In this document: positions 1 to 11,699 of the stretch, one piece after another
How the letters are laid out: the number at the start of each line of letters is the position of its first letter
Numbering within the stretch: position 1 is the stretch's first letter
DNA from: Octopus sinensis
Taxonomy: Eukaryota
Reading direction: 5' to 3'
NCBI RefSeq assembly: GCF_006345805.1
Contig: NC_042998.1
Location: forward strand, 103,354,001-103,418,000
DNA: 64,000 bases
Position numbers and translations under genes: made by a program
The notes under the pieces: model-generated
Seen by the model: only the letters and a program-made list of their open reading frames with translations
Told to the model about the DNA's origin: nothing
The model's database searches: none

Positions 1-1135
1 GCTGGAAAACTACTATAAAATAACCACCATAGGACTGCAAAAATACCTACTTCAGAAGGAAGGAAAACTGATCCAGATAGCAGCAAAACACGAGCAAAAC
101 AAAAAACTGTTCTCAGTATTTAAGGAAGCTGACAAATACAAACAAGAAATCATACCACCTAATAAACCCAAAGAAGAAGAAGAAGAAGAAGAAGAAGAAA
201 CAACAAAAGTTATAAAACAAATGAAATCCAAACTAAAAATAGAACAGCAACGAGCCATGATAAAACGATGGCAAGAAAAGCCCCTTCATGGTAAATACTG
301 CACTAAACTAAACGCAAAAGAAATAGACAAAGAAAAATCCCAGCAATGGTTGAAAAGCTCAGGACTCAAAGCAGAAACAGAGGGATTTTTAATTGCAGCA
401 CAAGACCAAAGCCTCCCCACCAGAAATTACCAAAAAACATGTAATGAAAAGAAATATTACAAGTAACTGCAGAATATGTGGAGATGGACAAGAAACAATA
501 AATCATATTATCTCTAGCTGCCCAGTCCTGGCTAAGAAGGAATATATTCACAGACATGACAGAGTTGGAACCTACATACATTGGAAGCTATGCCAATATT
601 ATGGAATAACAACAGAAAAAAGATGGTATAGGCACACACCAGAAAAGGTCACAGAAAACGAGAAAGCAACCATACTCTGGGATATGCCGATACACACAGA
701 TAGAGAAATTAAGGCCAACAGACCAGATATAGTTGTCAGAGATCATGAAGAAAAAAAATGCTTTCTAATTGATGTATCAATACCGGCAGATGACAACGTG
801 TCTCTAAAAGAAATGGAGAAACTCTCAAAATACAAAGACCTGGAAATAGAGATAACTAGAATGTGGAACCTGAAAACAGAAACAATTCCTATCATAGTAG
901 GGCATTAGGCATGATAAAAAAATATTCAGACAAATACATAACAAAAACACCAGGACTTACAAACACATATAACATACAGAAAATTGCACTACTAGGCACT
1001 GCACACATCCTACGCAGAACACTTTCCATACAATAACCATCAGAGCATCACAACAAATCACAGCACATACCCAAGGCACACAGAGCTGCGCTCGGTAGTG
1101 AAGTGAAAGCACGCTATAAAAATAAAACTACTGAA
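1..1135 (+). mobile_element. R4/Dong-clade non-LTR retrotransposon, 3' part (RLE endonuclease region, frameshifted) plus 3' UTR
   Basis: ORFs 221-466 and 393-908 join to WQEKPLHGKY..ETEGFLIAAQDQ..CRICGDGQETINHIISSC..RHD..RPDIVVRD..LIDVSIP..KLSKY (CCHC plus PD..D RLE); stop TAA 1034-1036; 3' end runs into (TAA)n at 1136-1154. Confidence 0.9.
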
Positions 1136-1323
1136 TAATAATAATCATAATAATACACTTGCGAAAATTGAATTTTTACTCGCCAAGTACTAACAAAAAC
1201 AACAAAAATTATTCCTCAAAATAAAGACCATTATTTTCCAAGACTTTCTACGAACTTTTGGGATAACCTTATAACATCGAAAAAATACCTTCGGAATGAG
1301 AACCCAGGTTCGAAAGTTCCCCA

Positions 1324-1371
1324 TGACACCTGATGAAGGCTGGAGGGTATATCAGCCGAAACGTTGTGTTA
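1324..1371 (+). ncRNA. Minimal hammerhead ribozyme in a Penelope-like 3' end (remnant about 1155-1412)
   Basis: TGACAC (1324-1329), CTGATGA (1330-1336), stem II GGCTG/CAGCC (1338-1342/1353-1357), GAAA (1358-1361), CGTT, then GTGTTA (1366-1371) pairing with TGACAC. Confidence 0.8.
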
Positions 1372-1448
1372 ACAACAAACAAGATGAGGACAAATATCCG
1401 TCAAATGTCAATGATATATATATATATACATATACATGCAGAACATGA

Positions 1449-1609
1449 GAGGCTTCTTTCAGTTTCCGTCTACCAAATACACTTACAAGGTTTTGGTTGG
1501 CCCGCGGATATATTCGGAGAGACACTTGCCCAAGGTGCCACACAATGGAAGTGAACCCGGGGTCATGTGGTTGGGAAGCAAGCTTCTTACCACACACCCA
1601 CGCCTGCGC

Positions 1610-1610
<1 letters not shown>
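1449..1610 (-). mobile_element. tRNA-derived SINE family A, 5' half
   Basis: A-box-like TGTGTGGTAAG, B-box-like GGGTTCACTTCC, then ACCTTGGGCAAGTG; same sequence as the copies at 27547, 38727, 60654, 61367. Confidence 0.85.
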
Positions 1611-1685
<75 letters not shown>

Positions 1686-3090
1686 ATACATATATATATA
1701 TATGTTTTGACTCTTATTTCTAGCAATACTGGTGCTGACCAACACCCTCTGTCGCTTTAGTGACGATCATATTTGTTGCCTTTCGGTTGTAAATTGCGAA
1801 TAGCCACCTTAATCTCCTAATATAATAATGAGCGTAGTGTTTTTACAAATTTGTGTGTGTGTCTAGAATCATGCCGGACACGGAGGAGGAGAGAAATAGT
1901 AATTCAGTGTAGGAGAAGTAGTGAGAGTAGTAGCCCTGACTAAGAGGGGGTGAAAGAAAGTAATAGCAATGAGAGAAAGGAAGGGTGATAGATGAACAAG
2001 GAAGGAAGGGGTGGAAAAAAAATCAGCGTTTCAACTCTGTGTGAGTATGTGTGTGCGTGTACAAGAGAAGTACGTGAATGTTTATGAGTATGATTATTAT
2101 GTACCTTATTTTTACCTTATTTATATATAAAGTATTACAATTAGCCGTCATTATTGACGGAACGTGGTCAGCTAGAAATTTATAATCGTCATTTCACCAT
2201 TTTCGGAATCAGTCAACATTTCCATTAAAACTAGCAAGGTGACTTAGGTTCTTTAACCCTCAGCAACAGAGTAATGGGGCACTGATGAAGATTAATCAAA
2301 TTTAAAATCAGCGTTGGTATGACTCCGTCTTACTTGCCGTCTTACTTGTCTCTCTTGTCAGTCGTTAAAAAAGTGTTCTCACGTGACTAAGAGTTGTTTT
2401 GACACTTATTTCTAGCAATGCTGGTGCTGGCCATCCTCCTCCGCCACTTTAGTGCTAGATAATTCAGCGCATGTAATATATGTAATTTATTATTACATTA
2501 TACTGGTGCTGGTTGTTTATATAAAACACATGCATATGCAAACTACAAACACAGCAGTCATAGAATAGATTAACTATACATAAACAAAAAGCAAACATAT
2601 ACGTGAAACAAACTCCATCAAAAAAAACATAAGCATATATACACATCCCTATGCAAAACAACACAAGACACTGCAAAGCATTCAATGTACGAACGAGCAT
2701 ATTCCGCCATAAAGAAAATAATTTCAGAATATCATACGAGAGTTGACAATCTAGAATATTTGTGATCTGTTGAAGTGGTTCTTTTCCCGGTACATTTACG
2801 TATCATGCAGTTAAAAAGAATAAATCACTGCAATTAGTCATTACCAATTTTACTCCATTTTAGACAAGCAGGTTTTGAAAATTGAAAACTTATCAAATTA
2901 AACATTAGACTGGGGAAAATTGACTTGGTATCCAACAGAGAAGAAAATATTGCTAGTTAAACAACAATTATCCAGATATTTTATTAGCAACCACAATTAC
3001 AATCGTATGAAAGTTGAAGAAAAATTTCTTGAAAACAAAAATAGCTGCCACCTGACTGTCTTCCAAATCTCCTAACTATATATATATATA

Positions 3091-3205
3091 TGGGCTACAA
3101 GCTACAGTAACACCCACCCTTAGTGGTTAGCCATATTGAGATGGCTAGTATACCTCACATTATTGTGCAGTTACTGTCCACATCTCGTTCAGAGATTTAT
3201 TATTG

Positions 3206-3208
<3 letters not shown>
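3091..3208 (+). repeat. Solo copy of the terminal direct repeat of the ORF1-only unit at 5108-6797
   Basis: Gapless ~110-nt alignment (about 75% identity by hand) to the reverse complement of 6688-6797; (TA)n on both sides. Confidence 0.85.
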
Positions 3209-3261
<53 letters not shown>

Positions 3262-3266
<5 letters not shown>

Positions 3267-4123
3267 TATAAAAAATAATATATAATAAGGGACAAGAACG
3301 TGAAATACACAAAGAGACGAACACAAAAAACAGACGGGTCATTCAAAGCCTTTAATCTTCAGTCAGGAACCGGATCATCATAGCAAATTTCGGCTGATTA
3401 ATCATGATATTGCTCCGAAACGGCCAGCCCCAATGAAAAACTAAGCTGCGAGCATTAGATTTCTTGGAAAAAGGATCGAATGTAAACGAAACAAGGACAG
3501 AAAAACGGACGAAGCCACACGAATATAAATACAAAAAAACAAAAACAAAAATAAAAACAAGAATGGTAATAACAGGACAACAGCAGGTGTCTTACGACTT
3601 TAGACAAATTTAACTTATCTAGCAGGCGTGTTTTGAAAAAATGCCTTTTCGGCGGACGAAGACAATGTTGAACCGGCAGCGGTCACCAGCGGAATGGCTG
3701 GTTATTCAGCAAGTCACATGAGGGTAGAGAGAGAGAGAGAGAAGGAATTAAAGTGGACGGAAGAAACAGAGCGCGCCAAGGATTGACCAGGTCACGTGAG
3801 AGTAGGGAGAGAGAGAGAAAGAAGGAATTAAAGAGGATGGAAGGAAGAGGGGGGAAGAGAGAGAGCGCGCCAAAGATGGCTTGGCAACAGAAGCAATGGC
3901 GCAAAGCGAGAAAGGCAGAGAAACGTGAGAGAATGGGGGAAGAGGGAGACCAAAGAATCAGAGGCGAAAAAGAGAAAGACAGAAAGTGAGGTATAGAGAA
4001 AGTTTGTAGAAGTCGTACAATGGGTGGAATGTAAGCATACATAAGGGAACAAGGTGCACGTTACGCCGCAATAATATAGGTATAAAAATTATATATAAAA
4101 AGGGACAAGAACGTGAAATACAC
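3262..4123 (-). mobile_element. Probable Penelope-derived non-autonomous element with ~55-bp direct repeats
   Basis: TATAGGTATAAAAA..AAGGGACAAGAACGTGAAATACAC at 3262-3310 and 4075-4123, flanking a purine-rich body; layout like 36350-37420. Confidence 0.5.
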
Positions 4124-4440
4124 ATGTGTATATATATATTAGAAGGTTTGGAGATGATGTACAGGTATTTTATATTAGAAGGAATGAGGTACTCAGAAAT
4201 TCGGATGGTTTTATATTTAAAGATATTTATTTGTATATTACATGTTTTTATACATCATATAACTTATATCATATATCATATATTAGTGCTTTCTCCCATT
4301 CTAGTGGGGTTTTCAAATCGAACTAAGTTCCTGTGAAAAGATTTTGACCATTTTATAGTGTTATTGAGTGTGTAGTGGTGGGGAGGGATATAAGATAGTA
4401 CAAGAGGGCGATGAATGGGGAGAAAGTGAGAGAGAGAGCA

Positions 4441-4822
<382 letters not shown>

Positions 4823-5085
4823 GAGGCGCAACGGCCCAGTGGTTAGGGCAGCGGACTCGCGGTCGTAGGATCGCAGTTTCGATTCCCAGGCCGGGCGTTG
4901 TGTGTGTTTATTGAGCGAAAACACCTAAAGGCCCCACGAGGCTCCGGCAGGGGGGGGTGATCCCTGCTGTACTCTTTCACCACTCTTTCTCCCACTCTTT
5001 CTTCTGTTGGCCTGCTCATGACGCATTGTGACCAGCGATGTGTAACTACATCTGATAGACTGGTCGGTCACATGATCACGTGATA
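4823..5085 (+). mobile_element. tRNA-derived SINE family C
   Basis: A box GGCCCAGTGGTTAGG, B box GTTTCGATTCCC; 3' part GCATTGTGACCAGCGATGTG..TGGTCGGTCAC recurs at about 60570-60630; inserted in (TA)n. Confidence 0.8.
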
Positions 5086-5107
5086 TATATATATTTATAT
5101 ATATATA

Positions 5108-6797
5108 TGTAGCAATAATAGATCTCTGAGCGAGATGTAAACAGTAGCAGCACGATATCATGTAGTACATTTTCCACCTAAATGTTTCTGACCCACAGGG
5201 GACTTATAGTCCCAGGAAGACATCTCCTCCAGCTGGTTAACGACACAAAAAGCGTTGTTTTTTATTTTTTTCTGTTTGGAGGAGGGGAGTCTGGGGCGGG
5301 GGTGTTGTTGTTGGTTACCAACGTGTAATTCGTATCTTGTTTTCCTTCCGTCTCTTCTTGCTCTTTCTCTGTTTCTTTTGTTTCTTATATTTTTCCTGCT
5401 TCCTTTTCCTTATTATTTTCTTCTGTCGTTTTTCCTCTTGTTGTTCTTGTTGGGGAGGGATTTCAGTTATTTTTTGTGCCGGTTTTTTTTTTTACTTTTT
5501 CGCACTCGGAGCGGACGTGACCTATTCCTCCACACTTGAAGCATGTGGGTCGACACCCCTCCACCGAAACTCTTGCACTAAGTCCCTCTCCTATATATAT
5601 TCTATCGGGCCTCGTTTCTAACGTTTCGTTTGACGCTTGAACCAACAATTCGAGCGTCTGACCCTTCCAGTTAATAGCTTCCCTTTTTCTCATGCTTAGT
5701 ATATTGATTTCGTCTTCTGCATTGTATATTACTGCTGCGATGATCCAGCTAACGTCATACCCGGCTGGAATCGCTTCAATTACAATTTTTGCAGTTCTCC
5801 GGCCTAGGTATGTCAGTAACAGCATTGTTCGGTTCTTAGTGCCTCTGTTGAGATTTGTTTCGCAATGTCGGCACTTTCGAATTGTGCCTCCACTGTTGCT
5901 ATTCTAGGACCGCGTCCTACGTATTTTATTTTTTCCTATATGGGGGCTAGGCACCTTTTGATAATGTCATTTTTCATTGACATTATTCTTTTATCCTTCC
6001 TGTTGTGTATATCTTATATACAACAGTTTTCTCCGCCAAACTCTGTATTATTTCTTTTGGTGGCATTAATTTTGTCTCGTTCCCTGCTTTTTTTTACCAT
6101 ATTTCTGTACTTGAATAGTTGTTCTTTGGTGGTTTTGATTTCCTGAAATTTTCCGCCTACGGCGGCCGGAAGCTATTTCTTTTTATTTCCTCTTGTTTTC
6201 CTTGTTGGTTTCCCTCCTCATTAAATTTTCCGCCAACGGCGGCCGAGAGATTATTTTCCTTTCTTTTTCCTTGTTCACCTTGTACATTTCCCTCTAGCAC
6301 GTGTGGGAAATCCAACCATTCTGCCATTTCTTCTATATTTTCAAGATGGCCTTCAGCCATTTTACAAAAATAAAATTAATTCCTCTAACGGGAACACAAT
6401 GCAGTTCAAAAATTATTTTTCTCCACAACGATAGCACAACAAAAGCAATTTTCTGCGCCGTATAGCGAAATTACCGTTAAAACGGCGTTAAAAGTTAAAT
6501 TTTCAACAATGCAGCAATTAACAAGAAAACATTAACAATAATTGACTGGTTACTCACACAGCGAAGAAGCAGTAAACACAGAAGAATGACAATCACCAGC
6601 TAGGGATGAGAACTGATTCCAAACGCAAAATACTATATGCTTTTTCCAGTGACAAACCGTCGCTGATCTCGAAAAAGGAGAAACAAACAATAATAAATCT
6701 CTGAGCGAGATGTAAACAGTAGCAGCACGACATCGTGAAGTATATTTGCCACCTAAATGTGGCTGGCCCATAGGGGATGATGCTACTGTTGCTTATA
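5108..6797 (-). mobile_element. ORF1-only retroelement-like unit 1 with direct terminal repeats
   Basis: Repeats 5113-5202 and 6688-6777 show 10 mismatches in 90 nt; decayed ORF from ATG 6360 includes MPPKEIIQSLAEKTVV, IKYVGRGPRIATVEAQF, IPAGYDVSWI and the knuckle CFKCGGIGHVRSEC; no RT or endonuclease downstream. Confidence 0.75.
5463..6360 (-). pseudogene. Type I LINE ORF1-like protein (RRM-like regions plus CCHC zinc knuckle), disrupted
   Basis: ORF pieces 6157-6360 and 5463-5825 plus intervening frames; C-X2-C-X4-H-X4-C present. Confidence 0.75.
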
Positions 6798-7181
6798 TAA
6801 TGTTCAAGGTACCAAGTAGTGGGACTGAACCCGGAACCATGTGGTTGAGGAGCAAGCTTCTTTATTTCATTATATTGGCAATAAAGGCCTTATATCGAGA
6901 AAGGAAGCTGCGGGCTGGACATAGACATAATATTATATGAAATGAAAAATGAAAATGATGATTAATGAGGGCAACAAGCGACGCCCGCCGATCGTTGTTT
7001 CCCGAGAACATTGATCACTTATAATTCATTAATGAGACAACAAACCTCTTACACTGTTCACAATATTCAAAAACAAAATAAGGCACTAAGCCTCTTACCT
7101 TTTTTCCCAACTGGGAACTTTCATGCCCGACTAGGCACCTTGCCTCATTCAAGCACCTGGACGGTGCCAAGTCGAGCCACT

Positions 7182-8264
7182 TCACATAAACCTAAATGTA
7201 TCCTCAGAGAAGGAGTTGGTTTCCCATATGACCTCCGCAGCCACCTGCGTAGGCCAGCCAGGGTCCTCAGTGGATAGAATCCCTTCCCTCCGGCCTTTTT
7301 TTAACTTCTTCACGAAGTTTTCTAACGTCCCTCCCTTATGGAAGAGGATGGCACAATTTCCACCAACGGGATTTCGGGACATGCCGGCAGTGTGTTTCGA
7401 ACTGCCGGCAATAGCCCGTTTTTCTTTTTCTTTTTTTTTTCCTTGAGCCACGGGAGGATGAAGTTCTTCCGTTTTGTCCGGAAGATTTTCCTTCCGTCCC
7501 GCAACCTTTGGGTCCTTCGGTGGGCAACCATTGTTGCCCACCTTTCTTTTTTCCTTTTTTCGAGGAGGTCTCCACCTGCTCGCCTATCTATATTTTTCCC
7601 TCAAATGGGGGAGCGTGGGGCGCTACTTTTAATAACTGCTCCAGGACCTTACCTTCGTCCTGGGGACAGTTCTTTCTAATGTGACCTGGTTCCAGGCACA
7701 GGTGACACTTGGGGAGGCGTCCTTCAAGAATCACCAGGTATTTTCACCCGGCCATTCTCAAAAAATCTGGAAATACCAGATTTGGGGCTGATTGGGTCCA
7801 TAGGGTCAAAACCGCTTTTGACCCCACCCACTCAGCCGCAGGCAAAATTTTTACATTGAGGAGCTTGGCTACGCTGCCACCCAGACCCCGGCGGATAATG
7901 TCCTCTATCCACTCGGATTCCATTCCGGGTGGCAAACCACACGCCCAAGCCCTCGTCAACTTCCTCTGACAATACGGGACAAAATTTCTCTGCCCTTCAA
8001 GGGCTGGCTCGCAAATTTGCAAGCCTCCTCAGGGGTGTCAAACAGCAACCACACCGTTGCATATTTGACCCCACTGGAGATGAATTTGATAGTTGGCGGA
8101 TACTCTGCCAACTCCCTTTCAATAACAGGCTTTTGAAATAGAGCGATGGTGTCGAGTGACTTGGAGTAAGTCCGCAACACCACCGTCCTCTCTTCAAAGT
8201 CTTTCAACCACTGTTTGGGTGGGACAATTTACCACTCCAAAACATTGTCCTTTTTCTTTGCCAT
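7182..8264 (-). pseudogene. Second, highly diverged ORF1-like protein (RRM-like plus CCHC), disrupted; unit spans about 6960-8795
   Basis: ATG 8264 MAKKKDNVLEW*IVPPKQWLKDFEERTVV..IKFISSGVKYATVWLLF..LPPGMESEWI..RLPKCHLCLEPGHIRKNC (knuckle about 7665-7710); colinear with unit 1; no ORF2. Confidence 0.75.
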
Positions 8265-8841
8265 GTGTTTTTGATAAACAGTTCAAGATAAAAATAGAAA
8301 AAAAAAGAAGGAAGAAAAAGAAAGAAATCAAAAGAAAATCACAACAAAAAGGAAGGAAGAAAGAAAAGAAAGTCACAAAAAAGATAGAAGAAGGAAAGAA
8401 AACAGTCTACAGTTCAAAAAGCACAGCAAGCAAAAATCTTCAGGCCACTAGGTAAGCCAGGTCTATTTGGTTGTCCAATTTGAACCCGGAACGCTAAAAC
8501 TTCAACACAACTTCCACAAAAATTGGTAAAGAAGTTGTTCTATCTTCGGTGAATTCTCACAATTACTTGAAAAAACTATTCACTTTATACGAACAAATTT
8601 TGCCCAGTTGTAGGCAGACCAGAGTTCAGAATCCAATGAGGACTTCTTGTTTGTCTAAAATTAATACAGCAAACAACAAACCCCCACTGGACCCAAAAAA
8701 CAAAAGTCTTACCTTACAGTTGAGCTTCTTTTTCATTCAATATTTCGCTAGCTCTACACCAGCGTGGCGAACAACACTGACAACAGCGCATGCGCGGGAA
8801 GCAAGCTTCTTACCACACAGCCACTCCTGAGCCTATATCTG

Positions 8842-8872
<31 letters not shown>

Positions 8873-8873
8873 G

Positions 8874-10112
8874 CAGGAGTTGGACAAAATAAAGGAAACA
8901 CCTTAAAATTTCAAACAAATTTATTTTAATATGGGGTAGGGTCACCTTTGGCAGTAATTACAGCTTGAATTCTACGAGGTATGGACTCGTACAAAGTTTG
9001 AATTGTTTCCAAAGGAATTTTGTCCATTCTTCAGCTAAAGCAGTTTCCAATTCTTGTAGTGATGATGGTGGAGGATATCGACTCCTTACTTGTTGTACTA
9101 AAATGCACCATAAATGTTCAATAATATTGAGATCTGGGGACTGTGGTGGCCAGATAAGATGTTCACCTTCAATAGAATGTTCCTCGTGCCATTCAGTAAG
9201 AACTTTAGCTGTGTGAATTGGTGCATTATCATCCTGAAAAACTCCACAACCATGAGATGAATTTGATCGAATAAAATGCTTAAATAGTCTTGACTATTAA
9301 AATAAAGGGAAACAATAAGGCCGGCAGATTTCCAAAATATATACCCCCAGATCATCACAGATCTTCCGCCATGTTTAACAGTTGGAAGAAAGCAATCTGA
9401 GTCAAATGCTTCTTTTGGCTGTCTCCACACGTATACTCGGCCGGTGGTCGGAAATACGGTAAAGGATGACTCGTCCAAGAAAATAACATTCTTCCAATGC
9501 TCTTGTAACCAATTTTTTAGGTTTTACTCCACTCTAAACGCTTTGCAACGTTTGTTTTTGAAAGTAGTTGTTTTCTGATTGCAGCCTTCCCGTGACATCC
9601 GGCTTTGTACAGCTCTCGGCGAACAGTTTTTGTGGAAAATGGCCTCTCGACGCGGTCATTAAGCTCTGCAGTAATTTTGGGAGCTGTGCTTTTGTGATCC
9701 TTTCAAACAATTCACGTAAGAGTCCGACGGTCTCTACCTGAAAGTTTTGGTTTTCTTCCAGAGTTTTGTTTCGACGAGGAGGTTTTTTCCCTCTTTCTCA
9801 AAGGCTGTCATTACTTTCGAGACAGTACTTCTTGATACACCTAACAATTCGGCTGTTTTCGTTGCGCTAGCGGATGCCAAATTTGCACCAACAATTTGAC
9901 CTCTTTGAAAGTCCGATAGATCTGTCATTTTAATGAATTTTAATTACCTCTTTCTCGTGATATCTGAAAAGAAACAGCAATTTTAGCAAAACATTAAGCA
10001 ACACTAATAATAAATCAAAAAACATAAAAATAAACAAGCTTTTGACGGTTTTATAGACATTTCAAAATGATGATGCTATGATGCTAGGTGTTTCCATTTT
10101 GTCCAACCTCTG
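8874..10112 (-). mobile_element. Full-length Tc1-like DNA transposon (DD36E spacing), transposase pseudogene 8926-9928
   Basis: TIRs CAGGAGTTGGACAAAATAAAGGAAACACCT (8874-8903) and AGGTGTTTCCATTTTGTCCAACCTCTG (10086-10112) in a (TA)n tract; MTDLSDFQRGQIVG HTH, DESSF, QDDNAPIH..WPPQSPDLNIIE. Confidence 0.92.
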
Positions 10113-10118
10113 TATATA

Positions 10119-10151
<33 letters not shown>

Positions 10152-10520
10152 GATATATATATATATATATATATATATAAGGCAGGATGTGTGTGTGTGT
10201 GTGTGTACGTGAATGTAATTTATGCACGTCCACAAATTAGCACGCATGTCACTCCAATTTTAGGAGGACATTCGTTATGACCCTAGCTGTATTTTCGTCA
10301 ACTTATTTTTCCCAGAGGCACCAGCGAATAACAGTAAAAGTAAATTTTCAACCAAAGCTTTTAACATTTTTTTTTCAAGTCGGAGAGATCACGATTGTTT
10401 GCAAACATGAGTTAAGTCTCCTTCTAGCAATGAGTAAGTTTTTGTTAAGCAAAAACATGTATACAATAGGTGTACGTACGTACGTGTGTGTATGTGTGTG
10501 TGTGGGTGTGTGGGTGTTGT

Positions 10521-10551
<31 letters not shown>

Positions 10552-10553
<2 letters not shown>

Positions 10554-10674
10554 CCAATTTCAACGGGTTTCGCCCAAATTTGACGTCATGTTACTTAGTC
10601 TGGTTTGAAATAAAGAACTTGATTAGCTTAATAATCCTAACTTAATCCCGAGCAAAGCTGGGTTATACTGCTAG
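10552..10674 (+). mobile_element. Helitron-type 3' terminus
   Basis: Hairpin CCCGAGCAAAGCTGGG (10647-10662), 8 nt, then CTAG|T at 10671-10675. Confidence 0.55.
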
Positions 10675-10685
10675 TATATATATAT

Positions 10686-10777
<92 letters not shown>

Positions 10778-10981
10778 ATTACATATGTATGTATGTATGT
10801 ATGTATATTATGTATGTATGTATGCATATATGCATGTGTATTAAATTAAATCAGGCAACAGTATAACAATGTATCACCAAAAAGGAAATTTATAACTGTC
10901 ATTAAATATGACAGAGGGTGCTAGAACATCTACAATGCTAGAAATACGAGTTAAAGTGCTCTGATGCTGCAGTCAACGCAC

Positions 10982-11481
10982 ATAATTGTATACATACAAA
11001 CCGACAGCGACCGTAAACGGCCGAAATCGGCAGTCGTAATATCCCTATACCGTCGTCCGTTTCGGCTTTAAGACCGAAGCCTCTTCAATAGGATCGGCAC
11101 CGCTCACCAGATTCCGGATAAGATCACCACCAGTAAATAAGTCTATTCCAGCATCAGAGAACTTTAGCTCTTGTTTCTAGCATTGTAGGTGTTCCAACAC
11201 CTTCAGACATATTTTGACAATTATAATTTTCCTTTAATTATTGCTTAATTGGTGCCTAATTTAATTATTAATATACACATTAGTGATTCGCTAAATCATC
11301 CATAGATGTTTATGGAGTAGACATATATACTGGTGGCGATCTTATCCGGAATCTGGCGAATGGTGCCGACCCTTCTGAAGAGGCTACGGTCTTAAATCCG
11401 AAACCGTCGACGGCACAAGGATATCACGACTGCCGATTTCGGCCGTTTACAGTCGCTGTCAATGTGTATGTATACAATTAT
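10982..11481. mobile_element. Foldback/MITE-like element with ~154-170-bp inverted arms
   Basis: 10982-11135 is the reverse complement of 11328-11481; TSD not resolved. Confidence 0.85.
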
Positions 11482-11699
11482 ATATATATTATATATATAT
11501 ATTATATATTTTTATGAGCTACTAATAACTTCACGCTCTACTCTGCCCCACATGATATAACAAGTTGAAACAAGATGACAGAATGAAAGAAAACACGAGA
11601 AAAGTATAGAAGTAATATATAAAAGGTGGATGGTTGAAAACACGGGAAAGCTAAAAAGAAAGGAGGAAAAAGAAAGAGGGGAGAATTAGAGTTATGTTT

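Noticed and set aside
2279-2325. CTGATGAAGATT..AATC, a second hammerhead candidate
   Set aside because: The GAAA half of the core is missing; degenerate at best.
4823-4895. tRNA-like sequence with A and B boxes
   Set aside because: No clean acceptor stem; it continues into a SINE body that recurs near 60570, so it is a SINE head.
5108-6797. Classification of unit 1 as a canonical LTR retrotransposon
   Set aside because: No PBS, no protease/RT/integrase, the upstream repeat lacks the CA end, and the ORF is of non-LTR ORF1 type.
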